64,000 nucleotides of DNA, from IMG/VR virus record IMGVR_UViG_3300005438_000006, positions 5,852 to 69,851 of that record; one strand, written 5' to 3'. Each line of letters starts with the position of its first letter. The stretch's first letter is position 1. The position numbers and the translations under genes are program-made. The notes under the pieces are model-generated. The model was not told the origin of the DNA, searched no databases, and worked only from the letters and a program-made list of their open reading frames with translations. Positions 46,434 to 54,343 of the stretch are shown piece after piece. The stretch is from a virus (lineage: Duplodnaviria; Caudoviricetes).

Positions 46434-46453
46434 AGGACAAGTCTACTTCAACG

Positions 46454-46480
46454 AAAACCGGCCGCACGATGGCGGCCGGT
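46454..46480 (-). terminator. intrinsic terminator after the capsid operon
   Basis: ACCGGCCGC-catcgt-GCGGCCGGT-TTTCG. Confidence 0.7.
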
Positions 46481-46509
46481 CAGGTAGGGGGTGGACAGGA
46501 GAAGGTGGA

Positions 46510-47007
46510 TCAGGCGTCGCCGAAATCGCTTCCGTGGTTGTCGCGCCGCTCGGCCGGGCTTTCGCCAGTGAGCAGGGACTCCTCGCCCTCGCGGTCTGCG
46601 AGGCCCTCGCCGCGCTGGACAGCGGGCGGTCCCTCCGGGCTGACGCCGGTCGAGACGACGGTGATGACGGGCGCCGCACCTTCAGCGGCCGTGGCCGTGA
46701 GGGTCGGGACGTTGTCATCCTCGAAGGACTCGGCATCGAAGACGACGATGAAGGGTCCGCCGGTCGCGCCAGAGACGTTGACGCCTCCGTCCGGGATCGT
46801 CTCCAAGTCTTCCAGTGCCTGCTGCACTTCCGCCGCGGTCAGGGCTGCCTTCGCCGCCAGGTTGCCGGTCTGGTCGCCGTCGAAGGCGAGCGTCGTGGCT
46901 TTCCCCGCGGTGACGCCGGAGTAGTCGATTTTCTGAACCTCGCCAGTACCCGCTGCCTCAGCGAGGACGATGGGCTGGTCGAGAACGGTGGTTGGGGTAT
47001 CGCTCAT
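46510..47007 (-). CDS. capsid-associated/decoration-like protein
   Basis: Directly after MCP; AAEVQQALEDL...VNVSGATGGPFIVVF motif. Confidence 0.6.
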   Translation of the reverse strand: MSDTPTTVLDQPIVLAEAAGTGEVQKIDYSGVTAGKATTLAFDGDQTGNLAAKAALTAAEVQQALEDLETIPDGGVNVSGATGGPFIVVFDAESFEDDNVPTLTATAAEGAAPVITVVSTGVSPEGPPAVQRGEGLADREGEESLLTGESPAERRDNHGSDFGDA

Positions 47008-47022
47008 AGGTCTGGGTTCTCC

Positions 47023-48456
47023 TTAGTGCCCGGCGAGTCCGTCGCCCTGGATTACCGCGAAGGCGTTGGGGTACCGCCCGGCGGTGAAGCCGAGGCGCTC
47101 CTCCGAGCGGAACACGGTCTGGTTGGTCGTGAAGAAGACGTGCGAGCTAGTGTCCGTGACAATCCCCTCGCGGTCCAGGACCAGGCCCTGGGAGAAGTCG
47201 CCGACGATGACGGCGCTCTCGTTCTGCGCATCGCCCAGGTTAGTGGGGATGTTGGGGGTCGTGTACACCGGCAGGCCGAACAGTTCTCCGCGGGGGAGCG
47301 TGCCCTGGCCGTAGCCCGGAATCTTTTCGTTCGGACGCCGCTGGGTGCCGTTGGCGCCCGAGCCGAGGATGTAGGTACCATCCGTCCCGTCGCGACCCTT
47401 TGCCAGCCAGCCCCAAGTCTTGGGGTGCATGACGATAGCGTCCGGGAAGCCGAGGAACTCGGTCTGGACCGACGTGATGGCGTCGCTGATCTTGTCAACC
47501 AGTGCAGCCTGTTTCGGCGAGCCTTCCGCGTAAGCGATGCTCTGAACACCGGGGGTGTTCATGATCCCGAGCGGCTGGCCGTTGCCGGAGCCGTTGATGA
47601 AAGCCTGCTCCTCCAGGTGGACGAAGCGCTTTGCCAGGTCGCTGGTGATTAGCTGGTCAACGTTCCACTTCGCGTCTTTCAGAAGCTGGTTGGAAACGGT
47701 GGCCAGACCGGCGGCGGTGTAGACGTGTGCCTCGAACTCCGAGAAGCTCAGGTCAGACTTGATCTTCTCTGCGAACTCGGCGGTCCACGCGACTGCCAGA
47801 CCAGAGTCCTGGGCGACAAAGCGGATCGTGTCGCTCTCGATTGGCTGGGACGTGAAAAGCTGACGCAGGACGCTGACGCTGTCACGGAGCGGGATCAGCG
47901 TGTCGCTGACCTCCGGCGGCACGAGGAAGCCTCCGGCCGAGTCAACACCCTCGCCCATCGCTTTGCCCTCGAAGTAGTCATCAATCCGTTTGCGCGCCTT
48001 CGGGTCGCCGTCGCGAGCGCGCCGCACGTCGTTGAAGTAGGAATGTTCGCCGCTCTCACCGTAGACATCCGGCTCGGCGTCGCCCTGCGAGGAGAAGAAG
48101 GTGGGAAGCGCTTTGCCCTCAGCGGCCGCAGAGACGGCCTCGCCCAGAGTGTTCATCTGGTCGATCATCGCTTTACGCTCCAACTCGGCTTCAGCAGCCT
48201 TGCGGTCGTCAGCGATGCGGGAAAGCTCCGGCTGAAGCTCCTCGAATTTGCTCATCAGATCGGAGACGGCTTTGCCCTCAAGCTCACCTGCACCCTCCGT
48301 AACCTTCGTGCGAAGCTCTCCGAATTCCGTCTGAAGGCCGTCAACCGACTCCTTCAGGGAAGCGAGAGTCTCAGCGTCAACGCTTTTCCCCTCTAGGGTG
48401 GTCGAAATCTCTTTCGCCTTCTCTAGGAGGGCGTCGATCTGCTCGGTGAAGTCCAT
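47023..48456 (-). CDS. HK97-fold major capsid protein
   Basis: Coiled-coil delta domain, SAGGFLVPPEV, GSGNGQPLGI, LFGLPVYTT, IVGDFS; start ATG 48456 (TACTAT 7 nt upstream). Confidence 0.93.
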   Translation of the reverse strand: MDFTEQIDALLEKAKEISTTLEGKSVDAETLASLKESVDGLQTEFGELRTKVTEGAGELEGKAVSDLMSKFEELQPELSRIADDRKAAEAELERKAMIDQMNTLGEAVSAAAEGKALPTFFSSQGDAEPDVYGESGEHSYFNDVRRARDGDPKARKRIDDYFEGKAMGEGVDSAGGFLVPPEVSDTLIPLRDSVSVLRQLFTSQPIESDTIRFVAQDSGLAVAWTAEFAEKIKSDLSFSEFEAHVYTAAGLATVSNQLLKDAKWNVDQLITSDLAKRFVHLEEQAFINGSGNGQPLGIMNTPGVQSIAYAEGSPKQAALVDKISDAITSVQTEFLGFPDAIVMHPKTWGWLAKGRDGTDGTYILGSGANGTQRRPNEKIPGYGQGTLPRGELFGLPVYTTPNIPTNLGDAQNESAVIVGDFSQGLVLDREGIVTDTSSHVFFTTNQTVFRSEERLGFTAGRYPNAFAVIQGDGLAGH

Positions 48457-48510
48457 GCGCCGCATAGTAGCACATGTGTAAAGCACCCCAGGCAGGGCAC
48501 CATGAATGGC

Positions 48511-49119
48511 TTACTTCTGGGGCGTCTCCGGCTCAGTAGGAGCAGTACCTACTGCTTTTCCAGCGAGGTCTTCGAGCGTGTCAAACAGTTCACTGAGGGC
48601 GGCGATGGCCTTCTCTTCCTCTGCATCATTCCCGAACGCTTTGCCCGCGAGGGCGAACAGGCTGCCAGCCTCCAGCGGGAGCGGCGTAACAGAAATCTCA
48701 GCGAAGTCAGCTTCGTGAACGCGGACACCATGCGGCGTCATTTTGCGCTTGAAAATGCCACCGATGGAGAAGCCTTTGATGGTGCCGGACTTGACCTTGT
48801 TGTACACATCCTCCGCCCAGGAACCTGGCGCGGGCGGATCGAGGGCGGCCTTGACGAATAGCCCTTTCTGGTCAAGCTTCACATCCTCCACAGTGCCGAG
48901 CGCCTTGTCGTACTGGTGGTGGTAGAGGAGGACGGGGTTGTCGCGGAAGTATTTGTCGAGACCCTTCTCGAAGACGCCTGGCAGGAATGCCTCGTCCTTG
49001 CGATCCAGTCCCAGCGTGGCCGCATACCCTTCGATGCGCAGCTTACCGTCCGGTGCCTGCGCGGTGACGGCTTTGCCGTCAAGGGTGAATCCCAACTCGA
49101 AGGGAGCCTGCTCTTTCAC
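48511..49119 (-). CDS. HK97-family prohead protease
   Basis: IEGYAA, PVLLYHH, GLFVKA, IKGFSIGG, EISVTPLP. Confidence 0.92.
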   Translation of the reverse strand: MKEQAPFELGFTLDGKAVTAQAPDGKLRIEGYAATLGLDRKDEAFLPGVFEKGLDKYFRDNPVLLYHHQYDKALGTVEDVKLDQKGLFVKAALDPPAPGSWAEDVYNKVKSGTIKGFSIGGIFKRKMTPHGVRVHEADFAEISVTPLPLEAGSLFALAGKAFGNDAEEEKAIAALSELFDTLEDLAGKAVGTAPTEPETPQK

Positions 49120-49297
49120 GCTCCGCAGTGTAGCGGATTACGCCTGCGCCGTTAGTCGCCACACGGCGTAGTGTGGAGTTGCATCATCCAGAACCAAGCA
49201 TATTTCGACTTGCCCTTTCGATCTTGGTAGCGACCCCAGACCCACCCATCGTCACAATCACCAATGACCTCAACCGGCTCATCGGTGAAATAGAGCG

Positions 49298-49633
49298 TCA
49301 CGCTAGCGCCTCCGTGGCGTAGGGCCACAGGTGAACGGCGTCGCAAACGACGCAGACCTTCAGCGGCTCATCGGCCACGTCCGTCAGCGTGACTTGCGCG
49401 CGGCGGCGGCATTCAGCGCGGGGAACCTGCTTGCGAATGCGCGTGCCGGGCACGGCGCCGTTGGGGAACTCCATCACGACGCTGCGGTCAGCGTGCGCTT
49501 CCTTCGCCGCGCGGCCGCCGCGGGAGATGACGGTCTTCCCAAGCTCCTCGACAACGCCTGCATCTGGAACGGACGTGACCGGCCACTCGTAGTTCGGGTC
49601 GCTCCACTCCTCATTCCAGTCCAGCGTCTCCAT
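49298..49633 (-). CDS. hypothetical protein with CxxC
   Basis: AAGGGAG SD; CVVCD. Confidence 0.5.
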   Translation of the reverse strand: METLDWNEEWSDPNYEWPVTSVPDAGVVEELGKTVISRGGRAAKEAHADRSVVMEFPNGAVPGTRIRKQVPRAECRRRAQVTLTDVADEPLKVCVVCDAVHLWPYATEALA

Positions 49634-49657
49634 GCTCTCCCTTCGTCGTTTGGTTAG

Positions 49658-49730
49658 TGGACAAGGAGGGATTCGAACCCTCGGCCTCCTGCTTGCAAAA
49701 CAGGCGCTCTGCCGACTGAGCTACTCGCCC
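49658..49730 (-). tRNA. tRNA-Ala(TGC)
   Basis: Cloverleaf; G3-U70 pair; TT-TGC-AA. Confidence 0.93.
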
Positions 49731-49889
49731 AACTACAGGGTACCGCAGGCGTCAATCCCAGGTCTTGTCGTCCGCGGCTTCGCGGAGCGTGACGCCCGCG
49801 GTGCCCTGCCCAATCGGCGGAACCTTGCTCCCGCCGGGGAGCGGTTTCGGCGCAGTCTCAGTCATCGAACCTCCTCTCGTCTGTCGGGA

Positions 49890-49961
49890 ATCCGGCCCAG
49901 GGACTTGAACCCCGACGACTTGGCTCAGAACCAAGCAGGCTGCCAATTACCTCATGCCGGA
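49890..49961 (-). tRNA. tRNA-Gln(CTG)
   Basis: U1-A72; TT-CTG-AG. Confidence 0.85.
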
Positions 49962-49962
49962 G

Positions 49963-50046
49963 TGGACCTGGCCGGAATCGAACCGGCGTTATCGCGCTCC
50001 TCCAGCGGGTTAGGCAAGGGACACGCGACCTGAACCTGTCAGGCCC
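49963..50046 (-). ncRNA. tmRNA tRNA-like-domain-only RNA (mini-tmRNA candidate)
   Basis: GGGCCTG/CAGGTCC-A with G3-U70; stemless D loop ACAGGTTCAG; 7-bp P2-like helix; 3-nt AAC connector; T arm; no tag ORF. Confidence 0.7.
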
Positions 50047-50117
50047 AAGTCCAGTGTAGCGCGCATGTAAAGGATCGGCCCGCAACCTTAACGAGTGGCG
50101 GCCGAGCATAAAGCTTA

Positions 50118-50192
50118 TCGGGCGAGTGGGATTCGAACCCACGGCCTCTCCCTCCCGAAGGGAGCGCGCTGACCAGACTGCGCTACCGCCCA
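50118..50192 (-). tRNA. tRNA-Pro(CGG)
   Basis: Cloverleaf; TT-CGG-GA. Confidence 0.9.
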
Positions 50193-50193
50193 G

Positions 50194-50267
50194 TGCCGCC
50201 CGCGGGAGTCGAACCCGCAACCTTCCGCTTCTGAAGCGGATGCCTCTGCCAGTTGGGCTAGAGCGGC
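50194..50267 (-). tRNA. tRNA-Leu(CAG), short variable loop
   Basis: Cloverleaf; TT-CAG-AA; 5-nt variable loop. Confidence 0.85.
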
Positions 50268-50276
50268 AGGTCTAGT

Positions 50277-50432
50277 TTAGCGCTTGGCTGGCTTGGAACG
50301 CCGGTAGCCGTCAACGCGGACCTTCGATTTCCCGCGGTTGCTGCCGCGCGGGGAACGCTGGTGGCCTTTGACACCTACAGCAGTACCCGAGCCAGGTTTG
50401 CGTGAGCGCTTGCGGCGTCCGCGAGTAGCCAT
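50277..50432 (-). CDS. 51-aa very basic protein
   Basis: 19 of 51 residues are Arg/Lys; VKGHQR and VDGYRR motifs. Confidence 0.55.
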   Translation of the reverse strand: MATRGRRKRSRKPGSGTAVGVKGHQRSPRGSNRGKSKVRVDGYRRSKPAKR

Positions 50433-50714
50433 CAGGTCTCCAGGAGGTCTTTCCACTCGCGGTACGAGCGGATCGGGTGGAACAGGAAGCGGAAGAACAG
50501 CTTGACGTAGGCCATCAGCGTTCGTCGGTGAATTCGCCGTGGGCGAGGTAGTTGTACGTCGCGATGCCAAGGTGGTAGAGGCCGCGCGGGATTTCCCAGA
50601 TGAGGCTCAGGTACTTCATACCGTCGCCAGCCGTTCGAGCGGACCCGGCGCCGACTCGCTCCGCGGGCGAAAACGCTTGCGGAAGCCGAAGAGGGTGTCA
50701 AGCAACTCGATCAC
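50432..50714 (-). CDS. three coupled peptides (50616-50714, 50515-50619, 50432-50515)
   Basis: Read by hand; TAAGCT 7 nt before GTG 50714; ATGA/TGATG overlaps. Confidence 0.4.
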
Positions 50715-50843
50715 GTCGGAAAGCTTAGCACTTATAGCCCGGCGCCGGTATTCAGGAAGCCAATCATGTCGTCTTCTGCTTCCTCCTGCATTTCTTCCAT
50801 CTCGTCAAGCTCGGAGTCCACTATGGGCCTTCCCGTTCGCCGC

Positions 50844-52271
50844 TCACGCCGTCGCCGTGCCTTTGCGCTGGGCCTCTTCATCGAAGGTCGCCGTGTGGGC
50901 GGGGTCTGGGGTGCGACCAGGCTCACCCGGCAGCGGGCGGTCCTTCACGTCGGAAGCGTTGTCGTTTTCGCCGGGCAGGTTCAGGACTTTTTCTTCGATT
51001 TCCTTCGCCATCTTCTCGTCCTCCATGACGCTGACCAGCGGCTCCAGGTTGAACTGCTTGCGGACCTCCTTGACGAGGACGCCGGGCACCTTGGCGAATT
51101 CGCCGCCAAGCTTGAACTGGTCCTCGATGGGCATCTGATATTCGTAGTCGATCTTCAGTTGCAGCCCGAAGTCCGCGGTCAACTCGCGGGTCAGGAGTTT
51201 CTGGAGCGTGTTGAGGATCGGCCGCATCCGCTTGTTGTCGAAGTTGCGGCGTTCCTCGCCCGGCTGCGTCGTCGCAGACGATTCGTTGCTGAGGCCCAGC
51301 ATCACTTTCGGCACGCGGAACAGCGCCAGAATGCGGTCGCGCGACTGGTCGGACATGAGGCCGAACTCGGCGTTCTTGGCGTCGGACTGGATCGCCTTGT
51401 AGCTGAGGCCGCGGCCGAGGACGGCGACCTGAAATGCCTGGCGGGCGCCAGCGTAGATACCCGCGAACTGGCGGCGCAGCTTGTTGGCGGTGGAATCGGA
51501 GATTGCCTGTTCGGCCTCCAGCACGCCTTCGAGGCGGGCGCCGTTTTCGTAGTAGGCGGCCTTCGTGTCGGTAAGCGCAATCTCGCCGTCGAAGACCCGC
51601 GGACCCATCGCGATGATGCCCGCGCCGCGGTAGTCATCGTGGGGGTTGGCGCCCTTCCAGTGGATGATCTTCTCCGGGGCGATGTTGATGGGCACCTGGC
51701 CGGGGCGTTTGTATTCGTAACTCTCGATGAGTTCGCCGCGTTTGCCCGGCACGACCTCCACGTTCTGGGGCGGCAGGCGCAGAATCTGAAGCGGGCGGCC
51801 CAAGCTGTCTTCCCCGCGCTTGTAGAGGAAGCCGTCGCCGGTGATGTAGCGGTCGATGACGAAGAGTTCGATCAGTTCTTCCCAGGACTGGTAGCCGTTC
51901 GGTTCCTCCAGAAGCTGGACGAGCCAGGGGTCGGCGAGGCGGGTACCCTTCTCCGCTTCGGCGCGGGTACGTGGGGCGGTTTTGCCGTCGTAGTCCTCCA
52001 GATGCCAGTCGGCGTGCGCGGCGGTCTCCGCGATGACGCCCATGCAGTCGGCGACCCAGTCCATTGCCTTCTCGGTGCCCGACCCGTAGGCTTCAAGCTG
52101 GCGCTTGGCGGATGCGGCAGCGAAGCGAGAGCCGCTGGTCGCGCGTCCGGTCTGGGTGCCGTAGACCTCCGGCGCGGACTCGCGTAGGCCGGGGATCGCC
52201 GAGGAGCGCACTCCGGCGGCTTTCCCCTCTAGGGAAAGTGCGGAACGCAGGGTGGCGAAGGGAGAAGCCAT
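50844..52271 (-). CDS. HK97-family portal protein
   Basis: WVADCMGVIAETAAH, YITGDGF, IIHWK, GARLEG, VAVLGRG, LFRVPKVMLG. Confidence 0.93.
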   Translation of the reverse strand: MASPFATLRSALSLEGKAAGVRSSAIPGLRESAPEVYGTQTGRATSGSRFAAASAKRQLEAYGSGTEKAMDWVADCMGVIAETAAHADWHLEDYDGKTAPRTRAEAEKGTRLADPWLVQLLEEPNGYQSWEELIELFVIDRYITGDGFLYKRGEDSLGRPLQILRLPPQNVEVVPGKRGELIESYEYKRPGQVPINIAPEKIIHWKGANPHDDYRGAGIIAMGPRVFDGEIALTDTKAAYYENGARLEGVLEAEQAISDSTANKLRRQFAGIYAGARQAFQVAVLGRGLSYKAIQSDAKNAEFGLMSDQSRDRILALFRVPKVMLGLSNESSATTQPGEERRNFDNKRMRPILNTLQKLLTRELTADFGLQLKIDYEYQMPIEDQFKLGGEFAKVPGVLVKEVRKQFNLEPLVSVMEDEKMAKEIEEKVLNLPGENDNASDVKDRPLPGEPGRTPDPAHTATFDEEAQRKGTATA

Positions 52272-52487
52272 CTAGCAGGCCAGTCTAGCAGTGAAACGGC
52301 CATCCGTATAGCACATCGCGCAAGCGCGCGGCGTCGAAGCGAGGAAGCGGGACCGGAGTGTGGGGTCAAGCGCGCCGGGACGGTCGCGACGTGGGGTTGT
52401 TGGCTCCCGAGTGGTTTTCTTCAAGCGGCCGAGGAGCGTGTGCCGTCAGGGCCGCTGCTCCGCCCCGCGGGGCTGCGCGAGGCCCTG

Positions 52488-52517
52488 AGCGTAGCACATT
52501 CGGATTTTTCATGTCAA
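52488..52517 (-). promoter_or_regulatory. SigA-type promoter upstream of portal
   Basis: TTGACA-18 nt-TACGCT with extended TG. Confidence 0.6.
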
Positions 52518-52707
52518 ATCTGGCTCTGTGGCTCGGTTTGAGGGCCGTAAGGTAATTTTGCTGCGAATTTGGCCTTTGGCCCTCTAGATTTCGCTCTATA
52601 ACGCCGTTTTCGGCACTTTTGCGTACAGAAACAGGAAATTCTGGGTTTTGTTTCCTTGAAAGTCGTGCCTGGAAGAGGGCCAATTGCTGTGCTACGCTGT
52701 ATGTGGA

Positions 52708-52998
52708 ATGAGCCAACCACGCCCAACTCACGAGCAGATTGCGGATGGAGTCCGCGACGCGGAACAGGCAACGGCCGCCGCGAGCGATGTGCGCGCCCGC
52801 TACCATCGTCGGCGCTCGCCTCGCCGCCAGCCGTCACTCGAAGCCGCGAAGCAACGCTGCGAGGATGCGGCCGCCCCGCTGCGGTCCTGGATTGGTATGG
52901 TTGCCTGGGACGGCATCAGCCTGGCCGATGAGTTGGCGATGAAGAAAGCGATGGAGGGGCTACGCTACGAGCGGCGGCAGATCGCCAAGATGCTCTGA
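52708..52998 (+). CDS. hypothetical protein
   Basis: tgtgcTACGCT -10 at 52693, the mirror of the portal promoter. Confidence 0.55.
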   Translation: MSQPRPTHEQIADGVRDAEQATAAASDVRARYHRRRSPRRQPSLEAAKQRCEDAAAPLRSWIGMVAWDGISLADELAMKKAMEGLRYERRQIAKML

Positions 52999-53099
52999 TG
53001 GACGCGCTCATTGAAATCTGCACCATCATCTTCGTTTCCTCCTGGCTGTTGTACCGGGCTGGCCGCTTCGTCTGGAGCTTCATCGACTGCTTTCTCTGA

Positions 53100-53172
53100 T
53101 TGCCCCGCCGGGATTCGAACCCGGAACCTTGCGGTTAAGAGCCGCCTGCTCTACCAGTTGAGCTACGGAGCA
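53100..53172 (-). tRNA. tRNA-Lys(CTT)
   Basis: Cloverleaf; CT-CTT-AA. Confidence 0.9.
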
Positions 53173-53173
53173 A

Positions 53174-53246
53174 TGGAGCCGGTCGGATTTGAACCGACGA
53201 CCTCCCGCTTATCAGGCGGGTGCTCTAACCGCTGAGCTACGGCTCC
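53174..53246 (-). tRNA. tRNA-Ile(GAT)
   Basis: Cloverleaf; CT-GAT-AA. Confidence 0.95.
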
Positions 53247-53248
53247 AA

Positions 53249-53322
53249 CTCCCCACCCAGGACTTGAACCTGGAACCTCCCGGTTAACGGCCGGGCGCTC
53301 TGCCAAATTGAGCTAGTGAGGA
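53249..53322 (-). tRNA. tRNA-Asn(GTT) with C33
   Basis: Cloverleaf; CC-GTT-AA; G73. Confidence 0.88.
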
Positions 53323-53404
53323 TGGGGTACGGTGGACTCGAACCACTCGCCAGAGGCACCGGATTTACAGTCCGGCCGCCGGTTCCGACCGGCTGACGCA
53401 CCCC
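53323..53404 (-). tRNA. tRNA-Tyr(GTA) with atypical D arm
   Basis: CT-GTA-AA; long variable arm. Confidence 0.8.
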
Positions 53405-53425
53405 GCAGATATTCTACTTCAACAA

Positions 53426-53499
53426 GGCGACCGGCGGGATTCGAACCCGCATTTGCCTGCACCACAAGCAGGAGCCATTTCCATATCGGCCACGGCCGC
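53426..53499 (-). tRNA. tRNA-His(GTG)
   Basis: TT-GTG-GT; C73; G-1 not encoded. Confidence 0.85.
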
Positions 53500-53500
53500 A

Positions 53501-53574
53501 CAGGGAAGCCGGGATTCGAACCCGGAACCGGCCGCTTTGGAGACGGCTGCTCTAGCCAGTTGAGCTACTTCCCA
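53501..53574 (-). tRNA. tRNA-Trp(CCA)
   Basis: CT-CCA-AA; G73. Confidence 0.9.
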
Positions 53575-53575
53575 T

Positions 53576-53646
53576 CGGCGCAGGCGGTTCTCGAAACCGC
53601 AATCACCGGCTCGACCCGGCGGCTTTTCCTCTTTGCCTACTGCGCC
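53576..53646 (-). ncRNA. tRNA-like RNA with a shortened anticodon arm
   Basis: Perfect acceptor and T stems; arm CCGG-GTCGAG-CCGG (14 nt). Confidence 0.7.
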
Positions 53647-53648
53647 AG

Positions 53649-53721
53649 TACCCCGGACGGGATTCGAACCCGCGTCACCGCCATGAGAGGACGGCATCCT
53701 AGACCGCTGGACGACCAGGGC
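53649..53721 (-). tRNA. tRNA-Glu(CTC)
   Basis: Cloverleaf; CT-CTC-AT. Confidence 0.9.
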
Positions 53722-53723
53722 AA

Positions 53724-53798
53724 TGGCGGGAGCAGGATTCGAACCTGCGATTTCGAGCTTATGAGGCTCGCGAGATGACCTGGCTTCTCTACCCCGCC
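53724..53798 (-). tRNA. tRNA-Met(CAT), elongator type
   Basis: CT-CAT-AA; G1-C72 paired; lacks the three G-C pairs of initiators. Confidence 0.85.
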
Positions 53799-53823
53799 AC
53801 GACCAGTATATCGCTGGCGTCAA
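53799..53823 (-). promoter_or_regulatory. TTGAC-N7 promoter-like motif, copy 5 (tRNA array)
   Basis: TTGACG-ccagcga-TATACT-ggtcgt-G1 of tRNA-Met. Confidence 0.6.
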
Positions 53824-53964
53824 GTCCAAATTTTGGAGAAGTTTGGAGATGGCTGGGAATATCCAAAGTTAGCTCGGCCGGAGCAGTGGAAGAGAGGACT
53901 ATTTGGCAAGTTCTCCAGCAGAAAAACGGCGTCTTGACGCTCATGCTAGAACACGGAAATGCAT

Positions 53965-54018
53965 CGCTACAGCATCTGTCAAGCCGTAAGCAAATTGAAC
54001 GCTACAGCATCTGTCAAG
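53965..54018 (+). repeat. 19-bp direct repeat
   Basis: CGCTACAGCATCTGTCAAG at 53965 and 54000. Confidence 0.85.
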
Positions 54019-54343
54019 TGGCCTGGAGAAGGGGGTTTTATGCCTTTGGCCCTCTAGGTTTCGATCTTTGGGTGGGTGCAAGCCCCGCCCCACATCCCCA
54101 CGACCCGCACATTTTCGGGATTTACGCTTGACAAGCGGGCTGAAATGTGGTAGCGCCGGGTTGTGGGTTTGACGCGACACTGGTGTCTGACGAAATCGGC
54201 GCAAGGAGTTGTGGGGTTGCGGCAACTACCACAACCCCACATCCCTGTCAAGTATTCGTTGTGTGCATATCTCACATTGCGTACGTTAATCGCCTGCTAG
54301 GTTTGTGGGGTCGCAGTAACCAAACAATCGAAAGGAACGCGAC

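Noticed and set aside
49963-50046. Permuted two-piece tmRNA or Y RNA (YrlA)
   Set aside because: The 5' and 3' acceptor strands are in normal order and form the termini. I found no separate tag-coding piece ending in an ssrA-like peptide.
53775-54131. 118-aa + strand ORF
   Set aside because: It overlaps tRNA-Met and its promoter and the repeat-rich control region; no SD and atypical composition.
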